From assembly GCA_977017575.1 (NCBI GenBank), contig CDRNVI010000041.1, forward strand, positions 124,001-188,000: a DNA stretch of 64,000 bases, read 5' to 3'. The stretch is from Paramoeba atlantica. Lineage: Eukaryota; Protista; Discosea. Position 1 is the first letter of the stretch; every line of letters begins with the position of its first letter. Of this stretch, positions 42,738 through 52,324 are shown piece by piece. The translations under genes and the position numbers were made by a program. Under the pieces are notes generated by a model. That model ran no database searches, was not told the DNA's origin, and saw only the letters and a program-made list of their open reading frames with translations.

Positions 42738-43283
42738 CAGGGGGTGAAGCTCAATCTGGGGGGGGTCTAAAATTTGTAAATGTTAGCCACTTTTAGAAAA
42801 TAATAGCGCATTCAAGGGCTCTCGCGAATCCCTCTGGTGGAAAGTGCGTCGTTTTCCACACCTTGCATAACGGGGATAAGGTCGAAAAAGTCAATGGCAA
42901 GCTTTTTCGGAAAGCTTACCTCAGAACAAGACCCCATTTTGGCGTAACTTTTCAGACGAAGCACTCTACCATTGGTTTTGATCTGCCCAATGAATGGCAA
43001 AGGGCCTTTTAAGAACCTTCTTGGTGAATGCACTCATCTTTCATTGACGGATACTGGAAAAATGTAAAACAACATGCTAAAAATACAAAAATAATGCAAA
43101 AAATGCCCCTTTCAAGTTCTTTTTTCGTATTTTCCCTGTAAAATAAGTAAGGCTCAAAACGGAAGGAAACGACGTATTTTCCACCAAAGGGATTCGAGAG
43201 AGCTTCCGAATGCGCTATTATTTTCTAAAAATGGCCATGTTTTACAAATTTTAGACCCCCCCCAGATTTAGTTGCACCCCCTG
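42738..43283. mobile_element. MITE, 546 bp, same TIR family as 12665-13390
   Basis: TA|CAGGGGGTG..TCTGGGGGGGGTCTAAAATTTGTAAA and its reverse complement ending CTG|TA; shared TAATAGCGCATTC subterminal block. Confidence 0.9.
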
Positions 43284-43744
43284 TATTCCAAACGTTTTTG
43301 ATAAGATTTTCTAAATAAGCGGCAATAAGATTTGAGTGCAGTGATTATTACAGCTGTTACGTGGGTACGGCCCCATGGATCCACAAAAGCCATGTAAATA
43401 GGACAATTTACCGATGGTTTGGGCCTCGTCCACACCAAGTTAGAACTCCTGAAGAGAAACGCCAAGTTCTGGAAATTTCGGTGGCACTTCGAACCGTTTT
43501 GAAGCACTTGAACAATAATTGAAAAGAAATTAAACTTGGGCCAAATTTTTGACTCCATATTACCCTATTTGTTTTCTTACGAATAATTTATATTTTATAG
43601 TCAAAACGGGTACTCGAAAAACAAAGTATTCGATCTATTATCTATCGGAAGCAGTAGTTTTATACAGTAGACTCGGGAAGTATCAATAGACAGGTGTTAC
43701 TTAGGTGTTACTTTCCTGGTTGTCCCCATTATTGCGTATTGTTA

Positions 43745-45571
43745 ATGAGTGCTTTGGGGAAGAAAGTTTGGATGAAGGTTGATAATTTCCCCTGGTGGCC
43801 AGCACTCACCGTAGACCCTGAAGCCTACGCATCAGAATTGGAAGAGGGCCATACGATTCAAACCGAGGAAGGTTGGGTGGGAGTGGCATGCTTTGGCACA
43901 CAGGAGTTCTGTACTGTTCCTCCTCAGGATGTCATTCCGTTTGACTCAAATGACAAAGAAAGAATGTGCATTGAGGACTCCAACTTGCAGAAAGCAATCG
44001 CTGAAGCGTTACAATTTTCAGACACAAACCAAAATACGGGATGTTCTGAGGACGCAGATGCGCTGCTCAATTCCACAGGAAATTCTACAGACCAAAACAC
44101 TTCTACAAATAGAAATTCCGTTGAAGTCAGCGGAATCTCTACTGGGGAGGCAGCGCTCCAAAAACCCAGAAGAGCGTACACACTGGAGGACTCAGACAAT
44201 GAAACTGACTTGATTGGTCAATCCTCATATGTAGAGAACAAAACAATCTCCACCGTAATGGATTCCGAGTTACAGGAAAACGAAGATGGCTCATCCGTAC
44301 AAAGGAATCCTTACAAGGACACTCTAATTGAACCAGATCACAATATTACAGGCATTGCTTCTGAAGCGGAATCAGTATTCACCGCTGAAGTCGAGGCTCC
44401 AGATCCCACGATTCTAACTGGGGATAACATAGACTCCAGGGATAGGAAGCACCGTGACAGAGAAAGACACCGAAGAAAAGAGAAAAGACGAAGAAAACGC
44501 AGTAAGCATCGCAGTAAGGAACTCAAGGACGGAATAACTGACGAGATTGATTCTTCTCGGAAAGCAAGTCGACACAAACATAAAAAACGGAGTGTGGAAA
44601 AGGGTGGAGATCTTTCTTCAGTATCCCTTTCCGCGGACAATATCCAGGACCATAGTAAACGAAAATCTACAATTGAATATGACCAGGAGAAACCTCCACA
44701 CAAAGAACATAACACACGTTCACATCCCATTCTTTCCAACAAAACGTCACACCGGACGCCCACTATTCACACCTCGACTGCTGCACCCACTGCCACCATC
44801 CACGTTATTCAACAACGTATTTTAGATATTCTCCACACGGAACCTCTTTCCATTCCCAAACTACGCCACGAACTCCTCGAACTTACCTCCCTCGAGTTCA
44901 ACCTTGAAAATTTAAGACAATCCCGCATCGGGGTCACCATAACCCACATTCTACACCACCCTCACTGCTCCCCCCTCCGGGCCTTAGCCCGTGCTCTCCT
45001 CCTTCACTGGGTAGGCTGTCTACCCCCGGAAATCCGTTCCTCCCTACGTAACGCCGACAACGACCACCAGGATGACCCTGACCCCCACCCCCACGACGAG
45101 ACCCCCACCCCCTCCCCCCCTGCCAAGACCTTCCACGAGGCCATGGCCTCCTCCTTCACCCAGCACCTCCCTCCCGCGGTCGCGCACGCCGTGGAGGCCG
45201 CGCTCTGGGGCGCCCACCCCTCCCACCCCCACCCCGTCTTCCACAACCTGCTCCACGCCCTGCGCGCCAACCCCTCCCTCCGCGGCGGGCTCGCCTCCGG
45301 GGCCCTCCCCCCGGACCGGTTCGTTCGCATGACGAAGGAGGAGCTGGAGAGCCCGGAGCAGCGCGCCGCGTACGCCGCGCTGCTGGAGCAGTCCTCCGCG
45401 GGGAGCGTGTCCCGGGTGACCGCGGGGCAGGTGACGGACCTGTTCCCGTGTGAGGTGTGCGGCCACGGGGAGTGTTCGTTTTACGAACAACAGCTGCGGT
45501 CGGGGGATGAGCCCGCGACGGTGTTTCTGACGTGTCTGGGGTGTAAGCACTCGTTCCGGCAGGAGGGGTGA
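43745..45571 (+). CDS. TFIIS: Transcription elongation factor TFIIS with N-terminal PWWP domain (TFIIS2-type); ORF track starts at GTG 43694
   Basis: VWMKVDNFPWWPA; C-terminal CEVC..QQLRSGDEPATVFLTCLGC zinc ribbon with the acidic DE hairpin. Confidence 0.9.
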   Translation: MSALGKKVWMKVDNFPWWPALTVDPEAYASELEEGHTIQTEEGWVGVACFGTQEFCTVPPQDVIPFDSNDKERMCIEDSNLQKAIAEALQFSDTNQNTGCSEDADALLNSTGNSTDQNTSTNRNSVEVSGISTGEAALQKPRRAYTLEDSDNETDLIGQSSYVENKTISTVMDSELQENEDGSSVQRNPYKDTLIEPDHNITGIASEAESVFTAEVEAPDPTILTGDNIDSRDRKHRDRERHRRKEKRRRKRSKHRSKELKDGITDEIDSSRKASRHKHKKRSVEKGGDLSSVSLSADNIQDHSKRKSTIEYDQEKPPHKEHNTRSHPILSNKTSHRTPTIHTSTAAPTATIHVIQQRILDILHTEPLSIPKLRHELLELTSLEFNLENLRQSRIGVTITHILHHPHCSPLRALARALLLHWVGCLPPEIRSSLRNADNDHQDDPDPHPHDETPTPSPPAKTFHEAMASSFTQHLPPAVAHAVEAALWGAHPSHPHPVFHNLLHALRANPSLRGGLASGALPPDRFVRMTKEELESPEQRAAYAALLEQSSAGSVSRVTAGQVTDLFPCEVCGHGECSFYEQQLRSGDEPATVFLTCLGCKHSFRQEG

Positions 45572-45959
45572 GGGAGGGGGGGAGGGGGGTGAGGAGGGAG
45601 AGTGCGTTGGAATGAGACTCAGATGGTGTCACCCTTGATAAGCTGTGAAGTGAAGTTCGATCCGGACATTGTTGGGCGCAGCAATGTGATTTTGAATGTT
45701 CCAATAAGGGAAGAATGTTCAAAGTGAGTATGAATATTCATTTTTAGCTGCAGATTTAGCTGAAGTGATACTTGGGATAGTAGTTTTAGCCCATACGGTA
45801 TGTTAAGAGAAGGAACTTTTCTGTTTTCCTAGCTTTACACTGTAAAGGGTTTATGGGCTCACAAAAATTCACCATCACACCCGTTATCGTGTTTTTACTT
45901 GTAAGTTCCAGTACTCTAGTCCAGTACTTACACATTTTCTTGCATAAAATCTCCTTGAG

Positions 45960-46631
45960 ATGATGTTGCTGGATAGTGTTCTAGGCTACTTTGTGATTCT
46001 TCAACTGAATTTAGCGGATAGCAGAAGCGTGCGTTCGCGCACAGGCAAAGCCTCTGCAGCTCTTCTATCTGAAGAAGCTTCGTTGACGCTACTTACACGA
46101 TTCATTGAAAATCCCCACGGAACGTGGCAGCCCGACACCCCAGCGAACACATGGCGAGGAGTTTTATGCGATCAGCACCAGCACGTGAGTATCATACGAT
46201 GGAAACGATTTAAGCTTCGAGGAAATATGACGTGGCAATACCTGCCCAGAGGCGTGACTTTACTGAACTTGTGCCAGAATGAACTTTCTGGGAATATCGC
46301 ACTTCAAGAACTCCCTCAAAAGATTCGTACGTTTTGGGTAGCGGAAAATAAGTATCATGGAACAGTGCAATTTACCGCGCTTCCTGCTTCCATTCGAAAA
46401 ATCGATCTGTCTCTCAATAGGTTATCTGGGATAGTAGATATTTCTGATCTTTCCCAGGGATTGGAAAAACTTGACGTGTCGTACAATGCTTTTACGAAAG
46501 TGGTGCTTCCTTCGAAAATACCCGACAGTCTACAAATTATAGATCTGCGTGAAAACTGGATTACGAATTTAGAAGGGCGTGATACACCACAATGTGTTGT
46601 GTGGGTCCCCCAATCAAATGCAAGTGTTTGA
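45960..46631 (+). CDS. Short LRR protein with Trp/Cys N-cap, possible signal peptide
   Basis: WQPDTPANTWRGVLC cap and LP..L.L..N.LSG repeats. Confidence 0.8.
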   Translation: MMLLDSVLGYFVILQLNLADSRSVRSRTGKASAALLSEEASLTLLTRFIENPHGTWQPDTPANTWRGVLCDQHQHVSIIRWKRFKLRGNMTWQYLPRGVTLLNLCQNELSGNIALQELPQKIRTFWVAENKYHGTVQFTALPASIRKIDLSLNRLSGIVDISDLSQGLEKLDVSYNAFTKVVLPSKIPDSLQIIDLRENWITNLEGRDTPQCVVWVPQSNASV

Positions 46632-46908
46632 ATATGGCTTATTGTATTCAACACATGAGTAGTGTTTTTGATGGTGACAGCTTGGGTTGAATTATTTGTT
46701 CGTATCGAAGAAGAATCTTCGAGTCATTAGCGACAAAATTACATTGGAGTTGTATATTGGAGGATATTCTTTTGACTTGTGTGAGTAGCTTTTATGCAGT
46801 CCAATGATATACAGAAAGTGCTTGTCTTCGATTTCTTATTTGAAGTCCTGCAATGATTGAGCAATACTGAAATAAGAAGTGTCATTTCGAAAACCAACGC
46901 TCATCAAG

Positions 46909-48192
46909 ATGGATCGTCGTTGCACTTGTCATGAAAAAATAACGCTTCTCGATTTCTTGAGCTCACGGTTCTCATACTGGACTAGAGTGAAATGGGAAGC
47001 TCGAATCACATTGCAGATCAGAGAGTTAGCACTACCCGAATTACGATATCGTTCTTCTGAAGTCTCTGTTCCTAATATTCGGTACAGCATTATGCCAGTA
47101 GGAAGCGACTCAACGTCTGATGGGAGGCAACCAATTTTTATTTGCGTAAACGGATCTCCGGTCAACGAATCGCCCTCTACTTTCAAACTCCGTCCAGGGG
47201 ATATCATTCAAATAAGATCCGATGCCACTGCGGAGCCGAAAGTAGATATCAATTTTCAGGTACTGCATCAGGACGCCGATGTTATAGTTGTGCTAAAGCC
47301 ACCCAATCTTCCTGTAGATGAATCCGGCCGCTATTATCACAACACCCTATGCGGTGTCTTGCATACAACAGGCATGACACCTCGGAGGCCGTTTGTGGTA
47401 CATCGACTCGATAAGGAAACGTCCGGCATCCTAGTCCTGGCTCTCAATGCGGAATCGGCCCGTTCCTTATCGAAACAGATAAATCATATGCAAAAAGAGT
47501 ATCAGGCGGTTTTGGTCGGTCTGCCACCATCCGACACGTTGAGCTCCGAATGCAAATGTGTGCAAGCGGATGCGTTCCGTTTGTCCGACGAAAGTAAATG
47601 CCCTAGTTACCGTATTTCACATGGCATTGCCAAGGCATGTGAAGTACTCGGAAAGGATTACATGTCTCATCTTCCAGCGCTTCGCAAAATTCGAATGGTG
47701 TGTTGCAGTACAGAATTTTGTGCGGCACATAAATACATGCATTCTAAAGCAAACGGGCGTATTTATCCACACAACGCAAAAGCAAAAGAATCTCACACTT
47801 CGCTACAAATTATTCGTACGGATACGATGCAAAAGCTTTCTCTAGCGAGAATATCAACACAAACAGGTAGAACTCACCAAATTCGGGTGCACATGGAAGC
47901 TCTCGGCCTTCCCATCCTTGGTGATAAACTTTATGGGCAGAGTGAAGAAACATTTTGGCAGCTTGCACGAGGGGAGGAGCCACCAATATTTTATTCGTCC
48001 CATTCCAATGAAAGAAATACTGGAGGCTCACCTAGACCCCTTTGTTACGGCGAGATTCCTCACCAACTCCTCCACGCTTCCAAACTTTCTTTTTTGCATC
48101 CGAAAACGTTACAGCGCATGTGCTTTGAGGTTCCTTGTGAATCGTACTGGAAGCTGCAAAACCCTTGCCTTAAATTTATATCGACGGGGTAG
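46909..48192 (+). CDS. RluA/RluD-family pseudouridine synthase (ORF track starts at GTG 46879)
   Basis: VHRLDKETSG, TGRTHQIRVH, PILGDKLYG, LLHASKLSFLHP. Confidence 0.92.
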   Translation: MDRRCTCHEKITLLDFLSSRFSYWTRVKWEARITLQIRELALPELRYRSSEVSVPNIRYSIMPVGSDSTSDGRQPIFICVNGSPVNESPSTFKLRPGDIIQIRSDATAEPKVDINFQVLHQDADVIVVLKPPNLPVDESGRYYHNTLCGVLHTTGMTPRRPFVVHRLDKETSGILVLALNAESARSLSKQINHMQKEYQAVLVGLPPSDTLSSECKCVQADAFRLSDESKCPSYRISHGIAKACEVLGKDYMSHLPALRKIRMVCCSTEFCAAHKYMHSKANGRIYPHNAKAKESHTSLQIIRTDTMQKLSLARISTQTGRTHQIRVHMEALGLPILGDKLYGQSEETFWQLARGEEPPIFYSSHSNERNTGGSPRPLCYGEIPHQLLHASKLSFLHPKTLQRMCFEVPCESYWKLQNPCLKFISTG

Positions 48193-48279
48193 TCTTTCTT
48201 CTTGACGGCCACAAAATGATATCAACGGAATACTTATCGATTTTGACAATTGGATTTGGAAGAGTAAAAAAGCAGCCAC

Positions 48280-48986
48280 TTGGGTAGGATTCTGTTGTCT
48301 TCTTACTGTGCTTGGTTAGCGTTACGTTTCTTCGCGTTTAAAGAATTCTCTTTTTCGAAACCAACGTCTTTGCATTATTTTTATGTGATTCGCGGCTTTC
48401 TGGCACACTCCATTTGCAAAGCCACAGATGCTCCGAAGAGCAGCACAACACGTGCAGGTGATGTCAGGGGCATGTTTCTACCTCCGGAATGTGAACTCGC
48501 AAAGTTTATTAGTAATGTTGGAAATGTGCATGACTCATGGAATAGCGCTACAGCGGCATGTGAGTGGGATGGCGTGACGTGTAATGACAAGGGCGAAGTC
48601 TTCCACATTGCTTGGGAAAGTCGGGGACTGTCTGGTACATTGCATTGGAGTTCAATACCACGTTCTGTGACATACATCGACTTGAGCGACAACAATTGAG
48701 CGGGTGCGTAAGTTTTGCGTCGCTTCCTCCTGGACTTGAAAGCATGTGGCTCCAAAACAAAATGTTTACAGGTGATCTTCACCTTCATGACCTGCCGCCC
48801 ACCATGCGAACTTTGAACATCTCTGTAAATCAGTTTACTGGCTTTGTCGATCTTTCATACCTGAAGGGTTCAAAGATTACCGGATTTGAGATAACAGGTA
48901 ATACGAATCTCCGAGGATCAATTCCGAAAGGTATTCAACATAAATATGTTTGGTGGGGTTTTCCGGCTGCTTGGGTTCAGAATTGA
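48280..48986 (+). pseudogene. LRR gene with a 1-nt frameshift at ~48694 (real or sequencing indel); likely ATG 48472
   Basis: WNSATAACEWDGVTC cap frame stops at AACAAT-TGA; adjacent frame resumes LSGCVSFASLPPGL. Confidence 0.7.
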
Positions 48987-49272
48987 ACATAGTGACATGT
49001 ATTACACCCGGAGCAGTCCATGATAGATAATTTGTTTCAGGTTTCTTTATATCCGTCGCTTTCGTACCCGTCGAGCATATCTATTTCAATGTCACCACTT
49101 GACTGCATCGATAGGCTCAACAATTTTAGAAACCCGGCGTGAAACACAAAAGTTATTGAGCCGGAGTCATGGAGTTTGCAGCAAGTATAATTAAAGAAAA
49201 TTCGAAATAAATTCGGAAAGAAAGACAGTGGCAGAAAACTGTTTCCTTGATTAAGGTTTTCTTATTTTTTTA

Positions 49273-50165
49273 CAGAGGTCCGTAAAACTAAAAAAACTAT
49301 TTTATAGTACTATTATAGTACTATAAACTTTGAAACACTATATATAAAAACTATATTTTTTTACTATTTTTCTTAGTAATTTTTTTCTGAAAGTATTGCT
49401 TGAAATGCCGACTCGACGCAATATATATTTTTATCACTCCCATTTTCTTGAAAGATTTCTCACTATTTTTCTCATCATTATGCCCAAGCGTCGTAGTCAA
49501 GCTCAAATCGTTTTTTCACACTTCGTTGAAGTCGATGGGGAAGTCGACCTACTTTAATTTCAGATGTGCTCCAGCCCAGACGCCTTGTCTTCTTAGGTCG
49601 CCTTTCCTGCCGAAGTATAATGTGTAAATGTGAAATAGCGGGTAAATGATTCTTCAAATTTCTTCAAAAGATTATTAATTTTGCAGATATTGAATCTTGC
49701 AGACTTTGCGATGTGTTTTTGTGTTTTATCTGGCCACTAAATACGCCACGTCTAGGATCCAACGAGTGATCTAACGGGAACTCGTTGAAGGACAACTGTA
49801 ATGCGGTTTGCACGGTACAAGGAAAAAGCATTATGGGAAGAACTTGTGAGCTATAGGATACCGTCTTTTTCCATTTCTGCATAAAAACTACAACGCTTTT
49901 CATTTTTTTCTACGCGTCAGCGTATCCACACCACTTGCTCCACCTGACATCACGTGACCCCTCTAAACCTCTACAGCTCCATCGGCTCTCTCCTGCCCCG
50001 CGAAATTCCTCCAGGTCCATCGACCGATCTGTCTACCGCGTGCCTTTCTGGACATGAAACACTGATAAACACCATATTGTTTTTATAGTACTATATAGTG
50101 TTTATAGTACTATAAATTTTCTTGAAACACTATAAACTATCTATAAATAGTTTTAGGGACCTCTG
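49273..50165. mobile_element. Non-autonomous hAT-type element, 893 bp
   Basis: TIR CAGAGGTCC(G/C)TAAAACTA; 8-bp TTTTTTTA on both flanks; TATAGTACTATA subterminal palindromes at both ends. Confidence 0.8.
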
Positions 50166-50264
50166 TTTTTTTATTTCCTTTAATTTTATTTCCGTTCCCA
50201 TGGTAAGCAGATTTAGCATATTTAGTTGGCTGATAATGCATTTCATTTTTTATTCCACTTCTTC

Positions 50265-50870
50265 ATGGGTGTCATCTTTTATGTTCCTAATTTAATAGGA
50301 TATTTGCGTATTGCACTGCTACTGTGGGCTTTTGCCGCTGAAAACATTGAGAAAGAACTGTTCCTTTCGCTTTATGCATTTTCATTTCTATTAGACGCTG
50401 TGGATGGGTGGGCAGCACGATACTTCTCGCAGTCTAGCACGTACGGTGCGGTACTAGATATGATCACTGATCGCGCTGCCACATTAGCTCTCGTCATGGC
50501 GCTTCTCAAAATACATCCGACCTTCTCCTTGGCATTTACAGCGCTAGCCACACTAGACTTAACGTCCCACTACACGCGTATGTACGTTTCATTTAGTGAA
50601 CGAGCAACGTCTCACAAATCGGTGAAAAAGTCATCCTCAGCGCTGTTGCGCATTTACTACACTTCTCGTATAGTAATGGGTGCACTTTGCGTTGGACAGG
50701 AGGCTTTTTACTTGTGGTTATATTACAGTCAAGATACAATAACTTTGATTTCTCAAATAGTATCGAGTTGGGCGCTCGGGGCTATCTTTGTACTGTTCGC
50801 TTTGAAGCAATGTGTTAATTTTCTTCAACTTTGTGAGGGCATGATTTCCCTTAGTAAATGTAAGAAATAA
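50265..50870 (+). CDS. PIS1: Phosphatidylinositol synthase (ORF track starts at TTG 50226)
   Basis: YVPNLIGYLRI and the CDP-alcohol phosphotransferase motif DAVDGWAARYFSQSSTYGAVLDMITDR. Confidence 0.93.
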   Translation: MGVIFYVPNLIGYLRIALLLWAFAAENIEKELFLSLYAFSFLLDAVDGWAARYFSQSSTYGAVLDMITDRAATLALVMALLKIHPTFSLAFTALATLDLTSHYTRMYVSFSERATSHKSVKKSSSALLRIYYTSRIVMGALCVGQEAFYLWLYYSQDTITLISQIVSSWALGAIFVLFALKQCVNFLQLCEGMISLSKCKK

Positions 50871-51350
50871 CACAAGGCATGTGTTGAATATTTAGACACG
50901 GTGAATATTATAGCTAACAATTGACTCAAACGTGAACTAACAAGTAATACACAAAGCGCGCGGGAAGTAAATTTTGGTAACCATAATACAAGTATAGGAC
51001 AGTTGCAATATACGGTACCACAGGTGTAGTGCAGCTGAAGCAGTTAAAACATCCTTAGCTACAGTATTCGGAGGGGATTTAGTTGACCTTGGCGTTTGTA
51101 CATAACGTATAAAGAAAGTAATGTACCGGTCACGAAGCCATTGGTTTTCAGGTATACCATTTCCATAATGGGCTTTACGTAGCATTCCTTCTTAAAAACT
51201 ATTAGGTTTCCTTAGAATGTCCCCCTCATTATTTTTCCGAAATCGGCATACTTTTAAAGAGGATACAGTAGACAAGCGTTGATTTCTTGTCATAATTTTC
51301 TACTTTTTCATATCTCTTTGTCGCAAACTCCATTGGTCTAAATAACCACC

Positions 51351-52220
51351 ATGTACGTCTCACGTCGCGGTAAGCCCACGAAAGACCTCATCCCTCAGAA
51401 AGAGCTCATGATGCAGTTTGTGGAGGGACTCCATACACGACACCCAAGCTGGAATCGCGACTACACAGACTGGTGTGGCGTAACTCACGAGATCTCCGTG
51501 TGTACGTGGAAGGGACTCAGCTGTAACTCCCACGAGCACGTCACCTTTATAAAATGGGTCCCGTTGGTCTTCCCGCTGCAAGGGAACCTGAGCTGGGAGT
51601 ATCTCCCCAACCAACTCACCGCGGCGGGAGTTTCCTCTCATCCTCTTCTTCGTGGAACCCTCTCGCTGGATTCCCCTCCCACATCCTTATGTGATCTTCG
51701 TGTGCAACACAACGCAGTGGAGGGAGAACTGAACTTGGCGAATCTCCCCTATGGCATTAAACGTCTCGTGCTTTCCAGAAATCGATTTCAGGGGGGAGTT
51801 GACTTAACCCAGCTCCCGGAGACCCTGGAGGAGCTTGATCTCCATGGGAATCTTTTGAGCGGCCTGTTCGAATGGGGAAACAGACTCCCCCCTTCGTTGC
51901 GGCAGTTATGCCTGCAGCATAATCAGTTCTATGGGCGGGTAGATTTCGCACATTTTCCGGAGGGACTCACTCACCTTCTGTTGTTCTGCAACGATTTGGA
52001 AGGTAACGTCGCCTTGGAGGGGTTGCCGCAAAGTTTGTCAGTGCTGTTGATTCAGGGGAACCGGTTTTGTGGCATTGTTGACCTCAATCCTGTTCTTGAT
52101 CTCCCAGCTTTAAAGAACGGACATTTTGTGAGTGTGGACGTGGGACAAAACCGTTTTTCAGGTTACGTTCCCAACGGGAGGTTACCGACAAGTGTGAGGT
52201 ATGAGGTGCAACTTCCATAA
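51351..52220 (+). CDS. LRR protein with Trp/Cys N-cap
   Basis: SVCTWKGLSCN cap and about six LP..L..L.L..N.F.G.V repeats. Confidence 0.85.
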   Translation: MYVSRRGKPTKDLIPQKELMMQFVEGLHTRHPSWNRDYTDWCGVTHEISVCTWKGLSCNSHEHVTFIKWVPLVFPLQGNLSWEYLPNQLTAAGVSSHPLLRGTLSLDSPPTSLCDLRVQHNAVEGELNLANLPYGIKRLVLSRNRFQGGVDLTQLPETLEELDLHGNLLSGLFEWGNRLPPSLRQLCLQHNQFYGRVDFAHFPEGLTHLLLFCNDLEGNVALEGLPQSLSVLLIQGNRFCGIVDLNPVLDLPALKNGHFVSVDVGQNRFSGYVPNGRLPTSVRYEVQLP

Positions 52221-52324
52221 CACTTTTATTGGCTTCGTCATTTTGTCGAGTCGTAGCCAATCCGTATGCTCCGACGCTTGTAATCTACTCGTACACCTAC
52301 TGCTCCGACTACTCCTACCAGTAG

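Noticed and set aside
42660-43560. Coding relic (QCIDCK..) flanking the MITE
   Set aside because: Multiple stops and no recognisable family
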